Positions 53,340 through 62,000 of a stretch of 64,000 bases of DNA are shown piece after piece (position 1 is the stretch's first letter; each line of letters begins with the position of its first letter). The stretch covers positions 36,405 through 100,404 of the forward strand of contig JAKIWL010000004.1 of the NCBI GenBank assembly GCA_022750055.1, written 5' to 3'. This stretch comes from Thermoplasmata archaeon. Lineage in GTDB: Archaea; Thermoplasmatota; Thermoplasmata; Lutacidiplasmatales; UBA184. The notes beneath the pieces were generated by a model. It saw only the letters and a program-made list of their open reading frames with translations, was not told the origin of the DNA and did no database searches. Position numbers and translations under genes: made by a program.

Positions 53340-53512
53340 TACCCCTCGTCGCATTCGTGCCCGCCGTAGGTCAAGAACCGCTCGTCGTGCCGTCGGTTCT
53401 TGATGGAGCAGGGACCCCACCCCTGGTCCTCCGCACCGTACCACATCGGGCAGTCGCGACAGTGCAGGACGAACGGTTGCACGGCCGTGGGAAGGGGGGC
53501 GCGCTTGGCCAT
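53159..53512 (-). CDS. Small Cys/His-rich protein (putative metal-binding), coupled to folD
   Basis: The N-terminal 60 aa HCRDCPMWYGAEDQGWGPCSIKNRRHDERFLTYGGHECDEGY look structured. The remaining low-complexity tail overlaps the convergent radical SAM gene by 181 nt. Confidence 0.45.
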   Translation of the reverse strand: MAKRAPLPTAVQPFVLHCRDCPMWYGAEDQGWGPCSIKNRRHDERFLTYGGHECDEGYQPPAGTTGRADALRGVRSTSSASAVGYSSTTKAGAASRRATRRRTRGASSTRRRAASTR

Positions 53513-54393
53513 CAGCGGACCTCGCTACCTCGTCGCGACCACGCCTCGGCGACTCCCAGCATCAGCGCGGCAACCGACACCGGACCCACGCCTCCTGGGA
53601 CCGGTGTGACCGCGCTCGCCCAACCCTCCAGGGCGTTCGAGTCGACATCCCCCACCCCTCGGACCGCAGCCGGTCGGGCCGGGTCGGCCACCATCGACAG
53701 ACCCACGTCGACCACGACGGCGTCCCTTGGGACGTTGGAACGGTTGAGCAGGCCAGGGTGGCCCACGCAGCTGAAGAGGACCTCGGCCCCCTGGAGCGCT
53801 TTCGCCAGGTCCGGTGTCTGCGAATGCGCGATCGTCACCGTGGCGTTGCCCCGTTCGCCTCGAGCAAGAAGCAGGAGGGCGATCGGAAGTCCCACGGTCG
53901 AGGAACGGCCCAGCACGGTCACCCCTCGGCCCGCGACCGGGATCCGGTAGTGCCGTAGGATCTCGAGAGCCGCGCGGGCGACCGCCGGCACATGCAGGGG
54001 GAGTCCGGCGACCAGCCGGCCCAGGTTGGCCGAGCCGACTCCATCGACGTCCTTCTCCGGACGGAGCGCGGCGGTCGCTCCGATAAAGTCGAGCTCCTCC
54101 GGTAGGGGATGTTCGACCAAGACGGCGTGCACCGACGGGTCCCGATCGAGCGTACGGATCCGCTCCCTCAATTCGGCCGCGGTGGGGGTTTCCGAGAGAG
54201 CCTCAGAACGGAACTGGATGCCGAGCCGGTCGGCCGCACGCTCCTGTCGCCGCAGGAACACCGAGAAGGCCGTGGCCCGAGCGAGGTGGACGCTGGCCAG
54301 ACAGGGAGCGTCGGGTGGGTCCGAGCCGAGCAGCGCCTGGGTTCGTTCGACCAACCGATCGGCGACCGGTCGCCCGTCGAGCCTCTCGGTCAT
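53512..54393 (-). CDS. folD: Bifunctional methylenetetrahydrofolate dehydrogenase/cyclohydrolase
   Basis: 293 aa. VLGRSSTVGLPIALLL, TPVPGGVGPVSVAALM. Confidence 0.9.
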   Translation of the reverse strand: MTERLDGRPVADRLVERTQALLGSDPPDAPCLASVHLARATAFSVFLRRQERAADRLGIQFRSEALSETPTAAELRERIRTLDRDPSVHAVLVEHPLPEELDFIGATAALRPEKDVDGVGSANLGRLVAGLPLHVPAVARAALEILRHYRIPVAGRGVTVLGRSSTVGLPIALLLLARGERGNATVTIAHSQTPDLAKALQGAEVLFSCVGHPGLLNRSNVPRDAVVVDVGLSMVADPARPAAVRGVGDVDSNALEGWASAVTPVPGGVGPVSVAALMLGVAEAWSRRGSEVR

Positions 54394-54503
54394 ACGAACC
54401 CCGGGGCGAGAGCGGAGCCCAGCGCTTTACCCATTGCGGAGCGCGCTCCACGACGCCAGGCCGGTTACCCGGACCGTCTCAGGTTGCCTGAAAAGGACGA
54501 AAT

Positions 54504-54513
54504 CCTATATAGG
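54504..54513. promoter_or_regulatory. Palindromic TATA element CCTATATAGG in the folD/lon divergent spacer
   Basis: Identical 10-mer to the tuf promoter element. Lies 111 nt from the folD start and 170 nt from the lon start. Confidence 0.35.
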
Positions 54514-54682
54514 GCGCTCCCCTTGATTTGTTGCCGAGAACTCTTGAGCGAGTTCCGACGGCGACAGTGAGGCAGTTACGGAATCCCCTTCCGCACCGGC
54601 GCGATCGGAAGGGCCGCCCATAGACGCGTCCGCCGAGCTCGACGCCTGGTCCAAGAACCTACCGTACGAGACGACGGCCCAG

Positions 54683-56593
54683 GTGGATGTCCCGCCGCGG
54701 CTCCTGGACCAGGTCATCGGTCAGGATGAGGCGGTCGAGGTCGCCAAGAAGGCGGCGACCCAGAAGCGCCACATGCTCTTGATCGGCGAGCCCGGCACAG
54801 GAAAGAGCATGCTCGCTCGGGCCATGGTCGACTTCCTTCCGAAGGAGCAGCTCCAGGACATCCTCGCCTACCCGAACGTCGACGACCCCAACGAGCCGAA
54901 AATCCGCGTCGTCCCTGCCGGGAAGGGCAAGGAGATCGTCTCCGCGCAGAAGCTCGAGGTCGCCCAGCGCAAGGAGCAGCGCATGATCCTCGTGATCCTG
55001 GCCTCGCTCGTGATCTTCGGGTTCGCCCTCTACATCGTCCTGAGCACGCCGGGCCGCGACCCGACCGCGATCCTCGTCGCGCTGCTCATCGTGCTCGTGC
55101 TCTACATCTTCGTGCGCCTCTCGGGAGGCCGGTCCGACTCCGGGAATGGGGTCGCCAAGCTCCTCGTTTCCCACACGCCGGACGACCGCCCCCCGTTCAT
55201 CGACGCGACCGGGGCCCACGCGGGCGCACTGCTCGGCGACGTGAAGCACGACCCGTTCCAATCCGGCGGGCTCGAGACGCCGCCCCACGAGCGGGTCGAG
55301 GTCGGCGCGATCCACAAGGCGAACGGCGGGGTCCTGTTCGTCGACGAGATCAACCTGCTCAAGATCGAAAGCCAGCACTCGCTCCTGACCACCCTGCAGG
55401 AGCGCAAGTTCCCGATCGTCGGCCAGTCGGAGCGCTCGGCGGGCGCGATGGTCAAGACCGAACCGGTTCCCGCGGACTTCGTCTTGGTCGCGGCCGGCAA
55501 CGTCGATAGCGTCCAGGCGATGCACCCCGCGCTGCGCTCCCGCGTCCGCGGCTACGGTTACGAGGTCTACGTCAAGACCACGATGCCCGACGTCCCGGAG
55601 AACCGGATGAAGATCGTCCGGTTCGTGGCCCAGGAGGTCGCCAAGGACAAGAAGATCGCCCACTTCGACATGGGCGCGGTCGGCGAGATCCTACGGGAGG
55701 CCCAGCGACGGGCCGGTCACTCCGGTCAGCTCACCCTGCGGCTCCGCGAGCTCGGGGGCCTCGTCCGGGTCGCGGGCGATATCGCCAACACCGATGCGGC
55801 GCGGGTCGTCACCGCCGAGCACGTCGTCCGGGCCAAGCGCTCGAGCCGATCGCTCGAACAGCAGATCGCCGACCGATACATCGAGCGGCGCAAGGAGTAC
55901 CGCATGTTCAAGGTCGAGGGGGCCGCGGTGGGCATCGTCAACGGTCTCGCGGCCATCAACGCCCAATCGGGCATGTCGGAGTTCTCGGGGATCGTCCTCC
56001 CGATCGTCGCCGAGGTGACCCCGGCTCAGACGCGGGACGGCGGGGTCGTGGTCGCGACGGGCAAGCTGGGGGAGATCGCCCGCGAGGCGGTCCAGAACGT
56101 CACCGCGCTCATCAAGAAGTACACGGGAGAGGACATCTCCCGATACGACATCCACATCCAGTTCGTCGGGACCTCCGACGGCGTGGAGGGGGACTCGGCC
56201 TCCGTCTCGATCGCCACCGCGGTGATCAGCGCCCTCGAAGGCGTCGCGGTCGACCAGTCGGTCGCGATGACGGGCTCGCTGTCGGTCCGTGGACAGGTCC
56301 TGCCCGTCGGCGGGGTCACGGCGAAGGTGGAGGCCGCGGCGGACTCGGGCCTGAAGCGCGTCCTGATCCCCGAGGACAACCTCGCTGACCTCGTCCTGGA
56401 GACCCGGTACCGAAACCTCGTCGAGGTGATCCCGGTGCGTACGCTGCGCGACGTGCTGAAGTACGCCCTCGTGGGCCAAGGGCGAGACAAGGAGACGTTG
56501 CTGGAGCGCCTCGCCGCGATGGTGCACGCCACGAGCCGGATCGAGCCGGCCGGCGGGATCGCCAAGCCCCCGGCTCAACCGGCGGGGTCGTGA
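54683..56593 (+). CDS. lon: Archaeal membrane-bound ATP-dependent Lon protease (LonB)
   Basis: 636 aa. [10 protein letters not shown] Walker A, two TM helices inserted in the AAA module ([32 protein letters not shown]), C-terminal protease domain [15 protein letters not shown] start. Confidence 0.9.
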   Translation: MDVPPRLLDQVIGQDEAVEVAKKAATQKRHMLLIGEPGTGKSMLARAMVDFLPKEQLQDILAYPNVDDPNEPKIRVVPAGKGKEIVSAQKLEVAQRKEQRMILVILASLVIFGFALYIVLSTPGRDPTAILVALLIVLVLYIFVRLSGGRSDSGNGVAKLLVSHTPDDRPPFIDATGAHAGALLGDVKHDPFQSGGLETPPHERVEVGAIHKANGGVLFVDEINLLKIESQHSLLTTLQERKFPIVGQSERSAGAMVKTEPVPADFVLVAAGNVDSVQAMHPALRSRVRGYGYEVYVKTTMPDVPENRMKIVRFVAQEVAKDKKIAHFDMGAVGEILREAQRRAGHSGQLTLRLRELGGLVRVAGDIANTDAARVVTAEHVVRAKRSSRSLEQQIADRYIERRKEYRMFKVEGAAVGIVNGLAAINAQSGMSEFSGIVLPIVAEVTPAQTRDGGVVVATGKLGEIAREAVQNVTALIKKYTGEDISRYDIHIQFVGTSDGVEGDSASVSIATAVISALEGVAVDQSVAMTGSLSVRGQVLPVGGVTAKVEAAADSGLKRVLIPEDNLADLVLETRYRNLVEVIPVRTLRDVLKYALVGQGRDKETLLERLAAMVHATSRIEPAGGIAKPPAQPAGS

Positions 56594-56667
56594 AGGCCTC
56601 GGTACGACTGCCCACCCACTTCGCGCCGGCCCGTCCCCCGCCCGAGGAGAACGAGGAGAACCGGTTC

Positions 56668-56814
56668 ATGAATCGTCCGTGCTATACGTTCAACAAGACC
56701 CTCCCCCGCACGCTCGACGACACCCGCTGCCGTCACTGCCGGCATTACCTCACCTCGGCCTGTCCCCACATCGACGAGTTCATCGAGGACGTCGAGGATC
56801 TCTCTCCGGACTGA
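56668..56814 (+). CDS. Small 4-Cys protein with acidic tail (48 aa)
   Basis: MNRPCYTFNKTLPRTLDDTRCRHCRHYLTSACPHIDEFIEDVEDLSPD. Track ORF 56590..56814 begins inside the lon 3' end, so the ATG at 56668 is preferred. Confidence 0.4.
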   Translation: MNRPCYTFNKTLPRTLDDTRCRHCRHYLTSACPHIDEFIEDVEDLSPD

Positions 56815-56839
56815 TTCGGGGCGTCGGGGAGGAAACGGC

Positions 56840-57349
56840 ATGCGAGGGCTCCTGATCGGCCGGTTCCAGCCCTTCCATTCCGGGCACCTCGAGGTCGCCC
56901 GCTATCTGCGCGAGCGCAAGCCCGACGAGAACCTCCTGCTCGGGATCGGCAGCTCGGAAGAGTCGTTCACTCCGGAGAATCCGTTCACGGCCTCCGAGCG
57001 CGCGGAGATGATCGCGCTCGCGCTCGCGGAAGCGAACCTCTCGGGCTGTCTCACGGTCCCGATCCCGGACATCGACCGTCACGCGCTCTGGGCCGCCCAC
57101 GTCCGGGAGGTCGTCCCGCCGTTCGATCGCGTCTACACGAACAACCCCTTGACCCGCCAGCTGTTCGAGCGCGACGGCGTCGCGGTGGAGTCGACCCCGC
57201 TCTTCCGGAGGGAATCGCTGCAGGGGCTGAAGATCCGGTCGGCGATCCTCGAGGAGCTCCCGTGGACGCTGTTCGTCCCGCCGGCCGTCGCCGAGTACCT
57301 GGGCCGGATCGAGGGCGCCCAACGGGTCCGCCTGCTGGGTCCGGAATGA
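56840..57349 (+). CDS. nadM: Nicotinamide-nucleotide adenylyltransferase (archaeal NMNAT)
   Basis: 169 aa. MRGLLIGRFQPFHSGHLEV (HxGH motif). Confidence 0.85.
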   Translation: MRGLLIGRFQPFHSGHLEVARYLRERKPDENLLLGIGSSEESFTPENPFTASERAEMIALALAEANLSGCLTVPIPDIDRHALWAAHVREVVPPFDRVYTNNPLTRQLFERDGVAVESTPLFRRESLQGLKIRSAILEELPWTLFVPPAVAEYLGRIEGAQRVRLLGPE

Positions 57350-57419
57350 ACCCGCCCCGCGCGAGGCGATCCGGGGACCGAGAGAGATTAAGAGCGCGAG
57401 GCCCTCGTGCCGGCCCGGC

Positions 57420-57493
57420 GCCACTGTAGCTCAGTTTGGCAGAGCGGCTGATTCGTAATCAGCAGGTCGGGGGTTCAAGTCCCTCCAGTGGCT
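57420..57493 (+). tRNA. tRNA-Thr (anticodon CGT)
   Basis: Manual cloverleaf: GCCACTG/CAGTGGC acceptor, GCTC/GAGC D-stem, GCTGA-TTCGTAA-TCAGC anticodon arm, GGGGG-TTCAAGT-CCCTC T-arm, 74 nt, no encoded CCA. Confidence 0.9.
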
Positions 57494-57628
57494 CCTGGTC
57501 CCCTCCCGCCGTGGCGCGCGCGCACCGGGGTGGGTCCCGCGCGCCTCGGTTCGAGACAGAAAATGGATGTCGGAACTGTCGTAGTGGTAGCATATCGATC
57601 CAGTAATCGTCACCTTGAAGTGACATCG

Positions 57629-57883
57629 ATGGACACCGTGACGGTCTCCCCGAAGCACCAAGTTGTCATTCCCGAGCGGGTTCGCGAGGAGTTCCACATT
57701 CGGGCGGGGGACCCGACCTCGATCCAGGGACCTGAACCCTTGAACCGATCCCTCGAGTGGCTGAAGATATTCCGTGCGAAGGGTAATGAGCCGGCCCCGC
57801 GTCCGGGGACTGGCGACCCTCGTGACGCTCGATCCGCCGGATCCAGATCCCCCGCGCTGGGTGGAATCGCGGGTGATCGATGA
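57629..57883 (+). CDS. SpoVT/AbrB-domain protein (VapB/MazE-like antitoxin fold), orphan and possibly degenerate
   Basis: MDTVTVSPKHQVVIPERVREEFHIRAGD matches the AbrB swapped-hairpin motif. The remainder has no recognisable continuation and overlaps the next gene. Lies in a low-GC patch. Confidence 0.5.
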   Translation: MDTVTVSPKHQVVIPERVREEFHIRAGDPTSIQGPEPLNRSLEWLKIFRAKGNEPAPRPGTGDPRDARSAGSRSPALGGIAGDR

Positions 57884-58910
57884 GTCCGACCCGATCCCGC
57901 GCTCGCTGAACCGAACCTCGCCTCCTACGGCCCGCCTCCTGACCGCCGCTGTCGCCGGCCTCGTCGTAGTCGGACTGGTCGCCGGCATCGGCAGTGGGAT
58001 GATGCCCTGGGCGGGTTTTCCCGGGTACCGCTCCGACTCGAGCTCCTCGTCCGGTTCGGTGAGCTTCTCCGAGGCGGTCCAGGCGGCCTCGACGGCCGCG
58101 GCCGGGTACTCCTCGGCGGGATGGTACGCCACCTCGGCGACCGGCCTCAACCTCCTCTCTAGCATCGTTCTCCCCGGACCCTCCGGCAACACGACGCCCC
58201 TGGGGGGTCCGTGTGGATGGACCGCGAACGGCGGCCATGGATTCGGCTCGGTCACGGTCCCGGCCGCCCCCGGCTCGGTCGGACACGGCACCTCGCCCGC
58301 CTGGTTCGTCAGCTTCTCCAACCCGGTCGGGGCGATGCTCGTCGTCAACGTCCTCAACGGCCAGGCCACGGTCTACGGGTCGACGGCCGGCGGCCCCTAC
58401 TGCTACAACAATCCGGGCCTGCGGGCGATCCCGTCGACCGTGATCGACTCAACGCAGGCCGTCGCGTACGCCAATGCCTGGGGCGGGAGCGCCTTCCTCG
58501 CCAACACCAGCGGCTCGAACGAGGTCATGACGATCTCCGGGCCGATCAGCATCCCGTTCTACGGACCTCCCCCCTTCGTCGGCGGGGTCGGTTACGTGGG
58601 CGGCCCCTGCAACGGCAGCGTCCCCACGAACGGAGTGAACTGCACCCAACCGATCTACGCAAACTACACGGAGCCGAGCCTATGGACGGTGGGGTACTCG
58701 ACCTGCCCCGGACTCGTCAATGTGCCGTGCGGCTCGGTCGCCAACCAGTTCAACGCGCTCCTGAATGCGACCTCTGGGGCGGTTCTCCAGGTCAGCGCGA
58801 GCCTGGGAAACCCGGGGGCCTGCGGAGTACCGTACGCCTGTTACGGAGGCGGTGGCTCCTACCTGGGCGGTCCCCCTCCCCCGGTGCTCGTCGCGGTCGC
58901 CCGCTCGTAG
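57786..58910 (+). CDS. Membrane-anchored extracellular protein, Cys- and Gly-rich, hypothetical
   Basis: 374 aa from ATG 57786. N-terminal anchor LLTAAVAGLVVVGLVAGIG. N-x-S/T sequons. Segments SFSEAVQAASTAAAGY and IDSTQAVAYANAWGG are vaguely PepSY-like. Confidence 0.55.
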   Translation: MSRPRVRGLATLVTLDPPDPDPPRWVESRVIDESDPIPRSLNRTSPPTARLLTAAVAGLVVVGLVAGIGSGMMPWAGFPGYRSDSSSSSGSVSFSEAVQAASTAAAGYSSAGWYATSATGLNLLSSIVLPGPSGNTTPLGGPCGWTANGGHGFGSVTVPAAPGSVGHGTSPAWFVSFSNPVGAMLVVNVLNGQATVYGSTAGGPYCYNNPGLRAIPSTVIDSTQAVAYANAWGGSAFLANTSGSNEVMTISGPISIPFYGPPPFVGGVGYVGGPCNGSVPTNGVNCTQPIYANYTEPSLWTVGYSTCPGLVNVPCGSVANQFNALLNATSGAVLQVSASLGNPGACGVPYACYGGGGSYLGGPPPPVLVAVARS

Positions 58911-59066
58911 GGATGCGTCGGCGCCGTCGCGCCCTGTTCGCGCGGGTCGATCTTGCCGAGGTCCCGACGGCGGCGGGGACCGTGACTTCTCCCGTCTCGT
59001 GGCCCGGTACGAAGCCTCCGATGACTCGATACGGCGCGACGAGCAACGGGGGGGTGGTGCGGACGC

Positions 59067-62000
59067 CTACGGTGCCTTCTGGTCGGGCGGGGGGGTCACC
59101 GACTCGTCCCAGGGCCTCGGACTCCCGCTCGTCTCCGGCTTGGTCCTGGCGCGAACGAGCCAGCCGGCGATCCCGACTGCCAGTGCGAGGACCAGGATCG
59201 CACCGATCAGGCCCCCGAACTGTACGGAAGAGAGGGCCGACCCGGAAGGGGACGGTACCGATTGAAGCGCGATCGCGAGATGGGTCGCCTTCCCCGCGGC
59301 GATCGTGACCGTGTTGTCGTACGGGGCATAGCCGGATCGGGTGGCCGAGACCGCATACGTTCCGGGGGGCAGGGTGATGCTGAACGAACCGGTCGAAGCC
59401 GGGACCGCATTCCCGTTCACGACGACGATGGCGCCGGGCACCGAGACCGTCCCGTTGAGGTAGCCATCCAGGGGTGCGAACGGGAGGGTAACGGAGGCGG
59501 CCCCGCCGTTCACGCTCACCATCCCGTTCGGCGGCGCGGCGTACCCGGCGACCCCCGCCACCTGGTAGGCGTACGATCCATTCGCCTGCTCGAAGATGAG
59601 GCTGGCTCCGAAGGTGCTCAGGGTATCCCCATTCAGGGTGATGCTCCAGGCGGTCCCGAGGGCGAGTCCGCTCTCCGAGACGGTCACCGGGTAGACCGAC
59701 GGAGCCCTCGGCGGAGGGGAGAACGTCACCGATACGCCGTTTCCGGTTCCGGGCAGGGTGACCGAGCCCGACGAGGGCGAGGCCGTGTACCCCGGTTGCG
59801 GAAGGATGGAAAACGAGTAGGTCCCGGCCACCGCCGAGAAGGCGATCGAGTCTCCCACGAGAGTGCTCGCCGTCTCGTTGCGGAAGAGGACCGACCAGCT
59901 TCCGAAGGGCAGGCCCGTCTCCGTGAAAGTGACCGTGTACCGAGGCGGGGGAGGAGGAGGGGCGGGCAGGGTGAAGGCGATCGGGATCGTCTGGGCCGAG
60001 CCGGCGACGGTGACATTGCCCGAGCCGGGGGTAACGAGGATCCCCGGCGCCGTGGACGCGGTGAACGCCCAGGTCCCGAACGGTTCGGCGAACGAGATGG
60101 GGGAGCTTGCGCTCGCCGAGCGGGTCTCCCCTGCGAGCAGGACCGACCAGGTTCCGTTGCTGAGGCCGGTTTCGGTGAAGGTCACCGGGTACGTGGCCGG
60201 GTGAACGGGGTACGGACAGTAGTCCCCGCCCGTGACGATCGAGCCGTTGGCGTTGTAGGGGACCGGGGTAACGGAGGTGAAGGCGCCCCAGGCGTTCCCG
60301 CACTGCCAGGGCGACCCGACCACGCTCCCCGATAGGGTGAACCCATTGACGACCCGGGAGACCGTCGCCGGTTCGATCTCAGAGAGGTTCCAGTCGTTCT
60401 GATTGGTCTGGCCCGCCCCACTCCAAAGGTTCGAGCTCGGGCTGAACGCCGGAAGCGTGGTCGTGACATAGTTATTGTACACGAGGTCCCCGGATTCGAA
60501 CTCGAAGAGGCCCCCGGGGGCGCCGTAGTTGAGAAAAGCGGCCGCCTGGAGACCGTTCTCGAACGTGTTCCCCCACACGACATTCCCGCCGCCGGTGGCG
60601 GGTCCGTTCAGCAGGACGAGCGAGCTACCCTGGCTCACGAAGGTGTTCCCGGCGATGAGGGAGTTCGAAACGTCCCAGAAGACCACGTTGGCGAGCGGCA
60701 GGCCGGCTTCCGGACCGTAATCGGGCCCGAAGAACCACCCGGTGATGTCGCTCGCTCCCCATAGGGTGACGCGGGAGGCGTTGTAGAATTCGAGCTGAAG
60801 GTGGTTCGTGAACGGGAGTCCGTTCCGGGTCAGGCCGGCGAGGTAGGCGTCAGGATACGTGAAGCCGAACGACGCCGGCTGCTGAACCGTCACGTAGGCG
60901 TTCGTGTTGGCGATGAGTAGTCCGGGGAACACGAGGTACAGATAGTCGTTCGATTCCCCGAAGAGCGGGTCGAGGCCCGCGTGCTGATTGCTCAGGATGA
61001 GGTACGGGTTCCCGAGCGTCCCATCGCCGCGGCTGGAGATGCCCGCGAGTTGGCCATCGTTCCAGGCCACGAGCGGCGTGTACACCCCTCTCGCGGCGTC
61101 GGGGGTCAGCACGATGTTCCCGTTGGTGGTCCCGTTCTTCGCATCGATCGTGAGGTTCCACGGGTCGTACTCGCTCATCATCGCCTCGACGGTGTAGTTC
61201 CCGGGAGGGAGGGTGAAGTCGAACGCCCCGTTGGGCTCCGTCGGGGCCCAGGCCGCCGTCGACCGGGTGAAGTTCTTTCCCGGGCTTACGAACAGGAACC
61301 CATTCGAGGGGTCGAGCCCGCCGGCCACGCGGGCCCGGCCGACTTCGCCGCCGGGCGTCGCGTTCCACAGTGGCATCGGGAGGGAGGGACCGGCGCTGAG
61401 CGAGACGGTCCCGGCCCTCGCATACGACTCGGCGATCCCCTCGGAGGTCTCGCCGGTATCGGTTCCGACGTTCCAGGCGGTGGGGTCGCTCTGGAAGCTG
61501 TTGGTTCCGCCGTTCAGGTAGCTCAGGCTCTCGGAACCGTTGATCCCGTAGATCGACGCGGTCGTCCCTCCCCCCGGCCCTCCGAGCATGAGTTCGGAGT
61601 CGTACAGGAGGAAGTTCGTCGGGGTCAGGTGGGCCCCGTTCACCATGAACTTTGTGAGAGGTACGCGAAACAAGCGGGCGTTCGAATTGAACAGGACCGT
61701 GTCGTACACGCCGTGGTGGGTGCTCACCCCGGTAGCGTTCAGGATGTTGTAGCCGAATCGGACTGTCGGGTAGGCGAAGAGGGTGGTGCCGTTGACCGTG
61801 GTACTGGTGTTCACGTACAGGTGAATAGTGAAGGGCATGGGCACGGTCAACAGGGGTCCGAGGTCGAAGTAGTAGCCGACCGAGGGAACCGGGGTACCGT
61901 TGTACGAGTAGAAGGTGCTCGCGGGTTGAGCCCCGGACGGGCTAGAGAAGTTCCAGATGTTGTCGATGAAGATGAGGGACTGCGAACTCGGCGTGTAGTC

